Below, piece after piece: positions 42,401-50,180 of a DNA stretch of 64,000 nt. The notes under the pieces are model-generated. The model saw only the letters and a list, made by a program, of their open reading frames with translations. It was not told the DNA's origin and searched no databases. This stretch comes from Hydrolagus colliei (taxonomy: Eukaryota): assembly GCA_035084275.1 (NCBI GenBank), contig CM068748.1:9114001-9178000 (forward strand), written 5' to 3'. A program made the translations under genes and the position numbers. Position 1 is the first letter of the stretch. Each line of letters begins with the position of its first letter.

Positions 42401-45400
42401 ATGCAGAGGCATAATTTGCAGGACAGAAGGAATGGGAATGAAATGAAATCCAGTAAATGGCTCGGTTTCCAAGGCGTTCTTAGAAATTGAACTGTTCCAG
42501 GAAATGGTATCAGAGTAGCTGATGGCATTTTGCAGTAGGTTACTGCTTCAGTAGTGTTAAAGTGCTGGCTGACTCACAACACACAATGAGTTTGGTGTGG
42601 GCAGAGACGTTTAAGTATTATTGAGGCATTTCTTGCAGCCACTTATACTAATTAATTTATATTCCTTTCAGAGATGATTAGTCATACTCCAAAGCCTTTG
42701 GAACCTTGTTGCTTGGTGCATTGTTACTTTAAACTTCTCAAAAAATCCTCAACCCATTTCCTACTGCAGCTCACGTTCCAGGGCAGGAAGTAGGTTCACT
42801 GTAAAATGGAATGTGATATGCAAATCATAACTCTATCACATGTTTCTTCGAGAACACAGGGACAGCTAAGTCGGAGACAAGTTGTATCAGCCTGGCATTA
42901 ACAGAAGCTGAAGCATTATATGTTGTTGAGGTGGCAAATCTGTGTTCAGTGAAGCTAAAGTTCAATTAGTTTCTATTGAGTTATTCGGCAGCTCTTAGCA
43001 AAATGAGCCAAACTTGCAGAAGGGATTTCAATAGTCAGCGCAAAATTATAAGTCCTTTTCTTGCAATAAATACAAGGTGAAAACTTCCATATACAGATAG
43101 AAAGTCATTACCCTGATCACCTTGTGAAGCCCTGAATCGACTGACATTTTGACAAACATCTTATAGGGAGGGGATGGCGGGGGGGGGGGGGGGGGGGGGT
43201 TGTGCAGAGGAGGTAGGGAGGGCTGAGGAATGTGACGAGGCATTAGTAGACGAGGAATGCAGCCTAAGATGAGAGAAGCACACTGTTACTGTTGCAATCC
43301 TTTATTTTGAGGTATTGCACACATTTTCCTTGTAGAAACATCGCATTTGTTTGTTTGCATTTGTTTGGTCCATCAAATTTAAACAACAGCTGCTTTTTAA
43401 AAATTAATTCCAAATGGGAAATGCTGAGGATTTTCTCCAGCTCAGGTTGCATGGCTCAAATACTGTACCTGGAAACTACTTTGCCGTTTATAGTCCGTTT
43501 CACAATTCCATCATTCAAGCGAATGTTAACTACTGTGATCTGGTGACATTATGAAATTGCTTGCGCAGTTCAAAGGCACACATGCACATCTCAAATATCA
43601 CGAGGAAGTCACAAATTGGAAAATACCAATGCAAGAATCCTCTGCACAATGAAGCAATTGATTAAAAGAGCGCTCTGGAGCTGTTTTCACATGTTCAGGT
43701 AAGATAGACCAACAAGTAAGTTTCCTTGCAAAATTAGGAGCTCCAGACGCATATTTAAATAATTCATGTAGATTTCTATGTGATCGAAAATTAACGTTGG
43801 GGTCACCATGGTCTATTACACACAATGGATGTATAGTGGAAGTAATCTCATGTGCGTTCGTCATAGCCAAAGCCCAAATCAATTGAGGAACATTCTGCTT
43901 CCAGAGAACTGCACTAGATTGGCAAGCTTCCATCTACATCCCTGGAAAATGTCATCCAGTGAGTGAATGAAATGCAATTAGGATTCAATGAGAGTCCACT
44001 ACACAACAGCTCTTTTTACAACAGAATACTGTTCCTAACTGCAAAACACAATGTCTCTCTTGGAGAATATATTAAAATAATTAGGTGTGGGTGGCCGACC
44101 ATTGCTTCCAATAAATGGGACCACTTAATGAAGTATCCGCCATATTCTGATACACAGCTCCACGAGTGCACAATGTTTGAATTAAAATGCAGAGAAAGCA
44201 AGTGACCAAGAAAGAGGCTATAGTGACCAAGAAAGAGGCTATAATCACCAACATTATAATACCGCATGTGCTCACAGTTTTCAATGTTTACATATTAAAA
44301 TCAACCAACCCACCAACCACCCTCTCCGTTCACTGGGCTCCGGTCTGCTCCATGTCTCCGGCCTGACCCGCCCTACCATCGGTGTCGAGCTTTCAGCCTC
44401 TCTGCCCCCACACTTTGGTACTCCATCCCACAGTCCCTTAGCTCGCTTCCTCCCTTGCCTCCTTCAAGGATCTTGGTCTCAAGATCCTCCTTTTCAATCG
44501 TGCCTCGTCCACCCTCCCACCTCTCTCCCTCCCCTCCCCTCTTACCCTTATTATTATTACTCTGCCCCTCCCCCATGCATGGGTCCCAACCCCTGATTGT
44601 TCAGCTCCTTGAGACATCCTCATGTCCTCAGCACCTTGAGACATGAAAGGCACTCTATAAATGTAATTTTGTTGTTGTAAAACATATTAATGGGCTCATT
44701 ATGTGTTCCTTGCCTTGCAAGTTACATATCAGTCCAGTTTTTATTACTCACATTAAATAAACAATCCAACAAAAGATACTATAGTTAATTTGCAGCAGGT
44801 CCATCAAATTCCAAAGGCAATGAATGTCTCCAAAATAATTTCCAATTTTTATTGTGATACTGTTCACATTCAAATGGACATCAGAATAGCATGAGACAAT
44901 TTTTAAAAAAGTCTTCCGATTTAGTTTAATCTAGTGAATAAAAGCTGCTGTCTCTATGGATGTCTCTGCACAAGTACTATCAAATACTGCCCTGATAATT
45001 TACATGACTGATTTCTTCTCTCTCGTGCATTTCAAACATCTAATGGCTGCTATCTATGCTACTGCATACTGCAAATTTACTACTAACATGAACACCTGCA
45101 ATACCTTACTGCTTACACTTGTTACTGCACCACATTGCCAGGTCGCAAAGCATTTCTGCTAGAACACTCAGTCAACAAAGGCTAGCTCTCTAGGATACTT
45201 TCAACAATAGTCAACATTGAACAAGCATTGTTTTCCCCATTTCCTGGCCTCACTTTTACATTTATTTATCTTGATACTGGTCACATTTGACATTATAAGC
45301 CCTTTTTTGCTTGAAGTCTTGATTATAGTTGATGACCAACCGGATCAGAGACAGACGTGGGGAGTGTGTACTCAAAATAAGGAGTTCAGAAATAAAAAGT

Positions 45401-47834
45401 TTCATTTTTCCACTTCGATTTGTAGACTCCCCCATCATGCAGTTACCAGCTGAAGTGGTAGGTTGCTTGTACAGAGATGTGGGGGTTGGGGTACACCAAG
45501 CCTGGTTGTGAGCTGCATTCCTGGCTCTTTGTGTCATGGGGTGCAATTATTTGCTAAATCATGTATCACTGTCTTACCTTTGTTGCTGCATCCACATCAG
45601 CACCCAGTTGGATAAGTTGAGAAACAACTTCTACATGGCCTTCCTTGGAGGCCAGATGGAGAGCATTCAACCCATTCTGTAAAACAGTAATTGAAAGACA
45701 GCGATGTCAGCAGGGTTTTAAACTGGTTCATGAACCAAGTTTCTTTCGGGCAGAAGGGGGAATGTATTTTACTATCCAAAATGACCTGTTTTGTTTAGTA
45801 CAATTGAATGCATTAGCTGCTGTGATGAAATATTGCATATGTACAAGATGTGCCTAGAATAATAAATAATAGTCCTTGCATTTGATATAGCGCTTTCATG
45901 TCTTCTAGACATCCAAAGCGTTTCACAGAATATACTGTAAAGTGCATCGACTGTATGTATGTGGGCGAAACATGGCAGCCAATTGCACACAGCAGTGTCC
46001 CACAAACAGTGTTAGATTGAGTGACCAAATTATTATTGCTTTTTTTGAGGGATTATTATTAGGTGTGTGGAGTAAGGAAACTTGCCCAAGGTTACTCCGT
46101 GCCAGGAATTGAATCTATTTAAGTCCCATTTACCTGCTCTTTCACATCCACCTGTAATTTTCTCCTTTTTAAGTATTTATTGAGTTCCCTTTTGACAGAA
46201 TTATGTACACCATAAGGTGAAAGTATTTTCATGGTTTCCTTCAAACAGTCCGGAAACAATCACTGATTAAAAAGTTAGTTTAACATATGTTAATTCAACA
46301 TAAGATTCAAGAGCTCTGTATGAAATGAAGAAGGTCAAACTGGCTGTAATGGCCTTGTCATAAGAACTGCTCCTTGTGCTGATGTGGATTCATTAGGAGC
46401 TAGCTGCTCCCACTTTGCCATTTGTGCTAATTAGTAATATTTTCTATCAGCAGACAAGAATAGTAGATGTTGTTCATTGTGCACCAGTAATATAACTCCA
46501 TTTATAGACATGGTCATCTATGGCTGAATCAACAGCATATTACAAAATATCTCAGGCTAATCACCCTCCATCATTGAAAAATCAATTTAATGTACACTTT
46601 CAGATTGATTGTAATTAGTTTCCTTAAAAATATCTCCCAATTCACCATGCAAAATATTTAATCATCACCATAATCATCACCAGAGCAATAAAGCTAACTC
46701 AATGCAAGGAAAGGGTGACATGGAAATGGTCTGTGCAGATCGCAATGTAGAAATAACGAACATAGCAACACTTTCATGTTGGAATCAGGGAAAGACTCGT
46801 GTATGTAATAACCTCTCGGTCACCTATTCTAGCAGAAGAACACACTGGAATGCTCATTACCATCAGTTGCTCAATTGGAATCTGTGATTAAAAATAGTCT
46901 TTACAGTTAAAAATATCTTTAGTTCCCCACATAACGAAGCTGCACCTTTTAGGTGTTGTTTCTTTGAAATGCATTTAAGGGTGTATTCATGTACCTGTCT
47001 TACAAACAGACTTTCCTCACAATTTAAAGGCCGTAGCTTCCACCAATCTGATTGCAGTATTTAAATAATCCATGTATTAATGAACAATTATGTAACTGTA
47101 TCTAATCCAAACTTCAAAATTGAAACCAATTTGGGAATGTTTTCCCTGGAGCTCTTATTGAGGTTCTCAAAATGAAAGTGATGAATGAAGAAGCCTCTTT
47201 TCCATCTGGGGGAGCTGTTAGAATATGGAGTGGCTTTCCACAAAACATGGTTGAAGCTCATGCAAGGGAGGGCTCCTGTCAGTGATGGCAATCAAGCTGG
47301 AGGAATGACTGTGGCTCAGACTACATTGGCTTTCTGCGTAAAGGAAGGAATCAACTGAAGCAATATCAAAAGTGGATAAGAATGGTAATCTTGCTGAAAC
47401 GCAAGATTACCATTCTTATCCACTTTTGGATAAGAATGGTATCCTCTTTGGGATCCTCAACAAATTTTGTGAATATTCTAATCGTCATCTCCCTTTTAAT
47501 TACCATGGTTAACCTACACACTCTGCTGAAAACACACATTTCATTGCAAGTTTTTTTTGGTATCTACATTTGAGGTGTCACAAAACATTGCTTCGACGAA
47601 AAGCAAAACAAAATGCAAAATAAGAAAGTGACTGACACAAGAATAACTAGATGTTACGATGTTTGGCTGATGATCCATACCGGTTACACAATTTATACAA
47701 AACTTAAATGTATCCACTAAGTGTCCACAAACCTGGTTGCAAATGTTTATGTCAACTCCAGCTTTAATGTAGTCAAGGGCCTTTTCCAAGTTTCCAGCCC
47801 GAGCAGCTCGTAAGTAGCTGGCATTGCTGTCGGT
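390..47834 (-). CDS. ANK3: Ankyrin-3 (ankyrin-G), partial multi-exon gene: ANK-repeat domain plus linker; first exon and 3' portion lie outside the window
   Basis: About 27 exons with canonical AG/GT ends splice into one open frame. ANK3-type residues are present ([60 protein letters not shown]) rather than the ANK1/ANK2 variants, as recalled from those proteins. Confidence 0.96.
4241..4252 (-). CDS. ANK3: 12-nt microexon (S)PKI(S) (alternative)
   Basis: Long pyrimidine tract ...tttaaaaag|T CCT AAA ATC AG|gtaaga; phase 2/2; gives ARSA-SPKI-SLRSF as in some vertebrate ANK3 variants. Confidence 0.85.
5500..5728. mobile_element. Degenerate Tc1/mariner-pogo-like MITE remnant
   Basis: GC-richer patch ending in ...ccggtaaaacagaggtttactg (reverse complement CAGTAAACCTC, a TIR-like end); the other end was not identified. 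Confidence 0.35.
6545..6951 (-). mobile_element. DeuSINE (SacSINE1/AmnSINE-like) copy
   Basis: tRNA-like head tgtcagcctagctcagttggtagc, Deu-like core (tctgcctgttcaggtgaacattaagatc), LINE-like tail; similar to copies at 8385, 17858 and 53915. Confidence 0.7.
7680..8035 (-). mobile_element. L2-type LINE 3' fragment
   Basis: ORF track peptide [25 protein letters not shown] is typical of the L2 ORF2 C-terminus; frameshifted afterwards. Confidence 0.8.
8385..8745 (+). mobile_element. DeuSINE-like copy (degenerate)
   Basis: gtcagatggttgtgggttcaag...ggctgacattccaatgc...ttcaagtggatattaaaaga..., ending in a tail ggattattatt. Confidence 0.6.
8928..9060 (-). CDS. ANK3: ANK3 exon (133 nt) (G)[43 protein letters not shown](S)
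   Basis: ctcacag|GT GAT...GCA AG|gtaatg; phase 1/2. Confidence 0.94.
9068..9140 (-). mobile_element. LINE/SINE 3' tail fragment with (TTG)n end abutting an ANK3 acceptor
   Basis: caacaacaacgaaattacacttgcatagtgccttccacgtcaggaggacgtcccaaggcgc matches tails at about 49000-49055, 41450-41512 and 8330-8360. Confidence 0.7.
10380..10395 (-). CDS. ANK3: Coding part of a probable internal alternative first exon, MASQE+T, for short ANK-less isoforms
   Basis: ATG GCT TCC CAA GAG T|gtaagc; 5 codons + 1 nt, phase 1, in frame with the 8928-9060 exon. Same layout as the mammalian MALPQ(S)-EDAMTG start. Confidence 0.7.
10396..10858 (-). promoter_or_regulatory. Putative internal promoter / 5'UTR for the short isoform
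   Basis: Locally GC/CpG-richer; GC box GGGCGGGG on the minus strand at 10619-10626; (GA)n and (GT)n tracts nearby. Confidence 0.4.
12505..12742 (+). mobile_element. L2-type LINE 3' end fragment
   Basis: ccatcggcggc...ctctggaactccct...aagacctttcttttcaacc...(ttg) tail; similar to 44310-44680 and to the reverse of 7680-7900. Confidence 0.65.
12995..13295 (-). mobile_element. tRNA-headed SINE, near full length
   Basis: Head ctcctgtagctcagtggttagaacacc (A box), gagttcaattcc (B box), gggcaagtttccttactccac core, (ATT)n tail. Confidence 0.85.
13811..13873 (-). CDS. ANK3: ANK3 63-nt linker cassette exon (V)[20 protein letters not shown](G)
   Basis: catacag|TT CGT...GAA G|gtattt; phase 1/1; resembles mammalian VRKANAPEMLSDGEYISDVEEG. 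Confidence 0.88.
14517..14589 (-). CDS. ANK3: ANK3 exon (73 nt) [24 protein letters not shown]+G, start of linker
   Basis: atgcag|TCT...GAA G|gtaatg; phase 0/1. Confidence 0.94.
14770..14868 (-). CDS. ANK3: ANK3 exon (99 nt) [33 protein letters not shown], end of the ANK-repeat domain
   Basis: tttttag|AAT...ATG|gtaagt. Confidence 0.94.
16168..16266 (-). CDS. ANK3: ANK3 exon (99 nt) [33 protein letters not shown]
   Basis: caacag|AAT...GTG|gtaaga. Confidence 0.95.
16366..16464 (-). CDS. ANK3: ANK3 exon (99 nt) [33 protein letters not shown]
   Basis: tcatag|GTC...AAG|gttcgt. Confidence 0.94.
16948..17046 (-). CDS. ANK3: ANK3 exon (99 nt) [33 protein letters not shown]
   Basis: tcacag|AGT...AAG|gtagaa. 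Confidence 0.95.
17858..18243 (-). mobile_element. DeuSINE-like copy
   Basis: Head gtttggctcagtgaaagcactctcgtctg, core aaaccgaggtccggtctgcctgttcgagtggacgttaaa, (ATT)n tail. Confidence 0.7.
18333..18530 (-). CDS. ANK3: ANK3 exon (198 nt) [18 protein letters not shown]...[10 protein letters not shown]
   Basis: ttccag|AAT...AAG|gtaggt. Confidence 0.95.
21740..21838 (-). CDS. ANK3: ANK3 exon (99 nt) [33 protein letters not shown]
   Basis: cctgcag|AGT...AAG|gtacag. Confidence 0.95.
22701..22799 (-). CDS. ANK3: ANK3 exon (99 nt) [33 protein letters not shown]
   Basis: ttacag|AAA...AAG|gtaata. Confidence 0.95.
23092..23289 (-). CDS. ANK3: ANK3 exon (198 nt) [14 protein letters not shown]...[11 protein letters not shown]
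   Basis: atccag|GAT...AAG|gtacaa. Confidence 0.95.
23832..23930 (-). CDS. ANK3: ANK3 exon (99 nt) [33 protein letters not shown]
   Basis: cattag|AGA...AAG|gtacaa. Confidence 0.95.
24131..24229 (-). CDS. ANK3: ANK3 exon (99 nt) [33 protein letters not shown]
   Basis: ctttgcag|TCG...GTG|gtaagt. Confidence 0.95.
24259..24537. mobile_element. Non-autonomous DNA transposon with a 9-bp TSD, repeat-built TIRs and internal (TTAGGG)n
   Basis: cacataaac at 24250-24258 and 24538-24546; arms built of a ~15-nt gatagtccgaaggttc unit, inverted at the right end. Confidence 0.85.
24633..24731 (-). CDS. ANK3: ANK3 exon (99 nt) [33 protein letters not shown]
   Basis: ttgcag|AAT...GAG|gtacca. Confidence 0.95.
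24885..25194 (+). mobile_element. tRNA-headed SINE, full length
   Basis: tggagtcctgt...ggttcaattcc...gggcaagtttccttactccac...tail gcaaggatcattagtattatt. Confidence 0.85.
26666..26840 (+). mobile_element. tRNA-headed SINE, 3'-truncated
   Basis: tagctcagtggttagaac (A box), ggttcgattcc (B box), same core. Confidence 0.85.
27377..27574 (-). CDS. ANK3: ANK3 exon (198 nt) [14 protein letters not shown]...[10 protein letters not shown]
   Basis: tgttag|AAT...TTG|gtgagt; two ANK repeats. Confidence 0.95.
27918..28016 (-). CDS. ANK3: ANK3 exon (99 nt) [33 protein letters not shown]
   Basis: tctctag|GAC...AAA|gtatgt. Confidence 0.95.
29076..29174 (-). CDS. ANK3: ANK3 exon (99 nt) [33 protein letters not shown]
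   Basis: cttcag|AAT...CGG|gtaagt. Confidence 0.95.
31116..31214 (-). CDS. ANK3: ANK3 exon (99 nt) [33 protein letters not shown]
   Basis: tttcag|AGT...AGG|gtaagg. Confidence 0.95.
34043..34066 (-). CDS. ANK3: 24-nt microexon MMVNRTTE (alternative)
   Basis: Minus strand: actaac branch point, pyrimidine tract, tgc motifs, then cgtag|ATG ATG GTG AAT AGA ACA ACA GAG|gtatat. Same peptide and position as the ankyrin-B insert ([14 protein letters not shown]). Confidence 0.9.
34574..34759 (-). CDS. ANK3: ANK3 exon (186 nt) [18 protein letters not shown]...[10 protein letters not shown]
   Basis: ataaag|GAT...AAG|gtaggt; inside ORF 34538..34807. Confidence 0.95.
35241..35561. mobile_element. Rearranged tRNA-headed SINE (5' half on minus strand, 3' half on plus strand)
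   Basis: 35392-35561 is the reverse complement of the head and core; 35241-35391 is the forward 3' half and tail. Confidence 0.8.
36833..36931 (-). CDS. ANK3: ANK3 exon (99 nt) [33 protein letters not shown]
   Basis: ttttgcag|AAT...GAG|gtaatt; inside ORF 36755..36937. Confidence 0.95.
37093..37440 (+). mobile_element. tRNA-headed SINE, longer variant
   Basis: Same head and tail plus an extra ~65-nt internal segment tgtttacctagcagtaagtaggatacc... Confidence 0.75.
41189..41287 (-). CDS. ANK3: ANK3 exon (99 nt) [33 protein letters not shown]
   Basis: tttcag|AAA...CAG|gtaaga. Confidence 0.95.
44201..44242 (+). repeat. Perfect 21-nt tandem duplication
   Basis: agtgaccaagaaagaggctat x2. Confidence 0.9.
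44310..44680 (+). mobile_element. L2-type LINE 3' end
   Basis: ccctaccatcggtgtcgagctttcagcctctctgcccccacactttgg...tail aaatgtaattttgttgttg. Confidence 0.7.
45578..45676 (-). CDS. ANK3: ANK3 exon (99 nt) [33 protein letters not shown]
   Basis: ttttacag|AAT...AAG|gtaaga; one ANK repeat. Confidence 0.95.
45858..46115 (-). mobile_element. tRNA-headed SINE, 5'-truncated
   Basis: Reverse complement of the core and tail of the same family. Confidence 0.85.
47367..47428. repeat. Perfect 28-bp inverted repeat with a 6-nt loop
   Basis: caaaagtggataagaatggtaatcttgc-tgaaac-gcaagattaccattcttatccacttttg. Confidence 0.95.
47733..47834 (-). CDS. ANK3: ANK3 exon (102 nt) [34 protein letters not shown]
   Basis: ttccaatag|ACC...CAG|gtttgt; phase 0/0; contains the Cys equivalent to the palmitoylated C70 of ankyrin-G. 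Confidence 0.95.
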
Positions 47835-48994
47835 CTATTGGAAGAGAAACAAAAATGGTTAGAAAGATATTTATCAGAAGAGACATCATAACAGAGGTAC
47901 GGTGACTACAATCTGTTCATAAACATCAACACGCAGGTTTTGTAAGACAAAAATGGAATGAGAAATGGTTTTCTGTTTTTTAGTTTTTGTTTCCTTTCTT
48001 GCCTGCTTCAAACTTACGAAGTTTTAGACTAAATTATATCTTTGGACCACAATAACTGTATATAATAGAAATACATTATGGGGATAGATTGTTACCTGGT
48101 TGCTTAAATATTTAAGTTTACATTGAACAGTTGTTTGTGATTAGCCTGTGAAGCGAACAGCTGATTCTGCAATGTATTTAGAATACATTCTAAGTAACCA
48201 TAACTAAGTCTCTTGAATACAACAGCAAAGCTTTTGTTTGAAAAAATCACACCAACTCCTTCATTGTTGCTATTTGTGCACTTACTAAAAAATGGATGAT
48301 CTGAATATTCATAATTTTACTTTTTAAATGAATACAGATACTTTCATTATGAAAGCAGACGATCTTCAGATCAAATGCAAAAAACTATTGCTACCTTAGC
48401 AAGTCAGTTACCAAAAGGCATTTGTGGCCATTTCTCTGAAAATTCACTACATATAACAGAACCCAGTTAATCAATCCTTCTCTTTAACAGATCTCATTGT
48501 AACTGAATGAAATAGTAAAGAACAACGAGTTGAAACTAGGACAATGAATTAAGGGTCATATAAATGTAAACTTCTTAAAATGAGTTTAAAATAATAATAA
48601 TTCCTTCAATTTGACATACTGTATTGCCTTTCACTCAGAAGGATGGCCCAAAGCACTTCACAGGATTTACTGTAAAGTGTAATGACTTTTGTCAGTGAAG
48701 CTCAGTTGGAATGCCACAAATATAATTGACAGCATTGTATAGAGACGTAAGGGTAAAATGAAGTTTGGAATACAAGCTACTAAAGAAAAGGCAGTGAGTA
48801 ACCTTCCAAACATCTATGTCATCACTGAGGTTTAACATGTCCAGGTAGCGAGAAAATGTGAATCACAAGATTCACATCTGTAATGATATCAACTGTCTCC
48901 TACATAACTGCATGGTCTTGTTTGATTAAATATCAAACAATTGGTATAAGCCACATGATAAAAATAAGTGGTGACTTGCATTCATATTGCACCT

Positions 48995-49207
48995 ATAACA
49001 ACAACAATTTACATTTATATAGCGCCTTTCACGTCGGGAGGACATCCCAAGGCGCTAAAATACTACTATTAATAATAATAATAATCCTCGTATTTGATAT
49101 AGCTCCTTATCATGTCTTCAAGACGTCTCAAAGCACTTCACAAAATGTACTGTAAAGTAAATTGACAATGTATTTTGTGGGCGAAATGTGCAACCAATTG
49201 TGCACAG
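48995..49207 (-). mobile_element. Two adjacent LINE/SINE 3' tail fragments
   Basis: An (aac)n-tailed fragment followed by an (aat)n-tailed fragment, both matching tails elsewhere in the window. Confidence 0.7.
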
Positions 49208-49779
49208 TTTCACGTAATCTAACATCTCAGAGCGCTTTTGCAAAGCCTGGGTCAGAGGCCAAGCAAGGAAGAGTGGAGAGGGGAGGTGGCCAAGTACGGT
49301 CAGTCAAAGAGATTTGAGAGAAGAAGAGAGGTTTTTTTATTGGATAATATGGTAGCCAAATGTTTCAACTGTAGAATAGGAAGAACTCTTAGTATTACCA
49401 GAGAAAACATTACTCAATACAAAATGTAATTAATTACAAAACTTCAGATCTCACTGCAGTTGTGCATGAAAGTAGATTTTTAAACCTTTATGAATAGTTC
49501 CCTGTCTGGTTCAGAGCCCACATTCAATTTCTGAGAAAAGAGTTGTTTATTTATTGGCAGAGAAAGGTTATACATTTATCCAAACCGGAATTAAGGCTTA
49601 GCACTCTTAATAAGATAGTTTAATGTATTTTTAAAAATTATTTCTAGTGGATTTACTGAATCTCTAAGGTGCCATAGTACACTGTTTTAACATAATACAG
49701 GCTTATCAAAATGTGTGGCCACTCCAAATTTGCACAGTAATAAAGATTGCTGTCATTGATCTCATGCATTCAGGACAAG

Positions 49780-50180
49780 ATCACAAGAAAAGTACAGATG
49801 AAAAAGGGCCCTTTAGTCCACTTGAGCTCACTCTTTTAGAATAGTCACTTACCTTCTTCCCACTGCACTATCAAATTGTTTCTTGAATAAGTCCAATGTC
49901 CTGGGCTCAAACTCCTTTCCTGGTAACCTATTCCAGCTATTTATTACCCACCGTGTAAAGAAATACTTCCATTCCATCTTAAACTTGCCCTTCAAAACCC
50001 TAAACCGGTGTGTCTTGTGTTCTGCCGCGTTGGTAGAACGAAGTATTATTGTACATTTACTTTCTCTTTCTCAGTTATCATCTTACGTACCTCATTATGT
50101 GCTCTCTGAGACATCCCTTTCCAATAAGCTCCAGTACATTTTAGTCATTCCTCATATCTCATCCCATTAAAATTGGGGAT
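49780..50180 (-). mobile_element. CR1-like LINE 3' remnant
   Basis: tgtttcttgaat...ctcctttcctggtaacctattccag...gtgtaaagaaatacttcc resembles a reverse CR1 3' end; related short tails at about 21330 and 50607. Confidence 0.5.
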
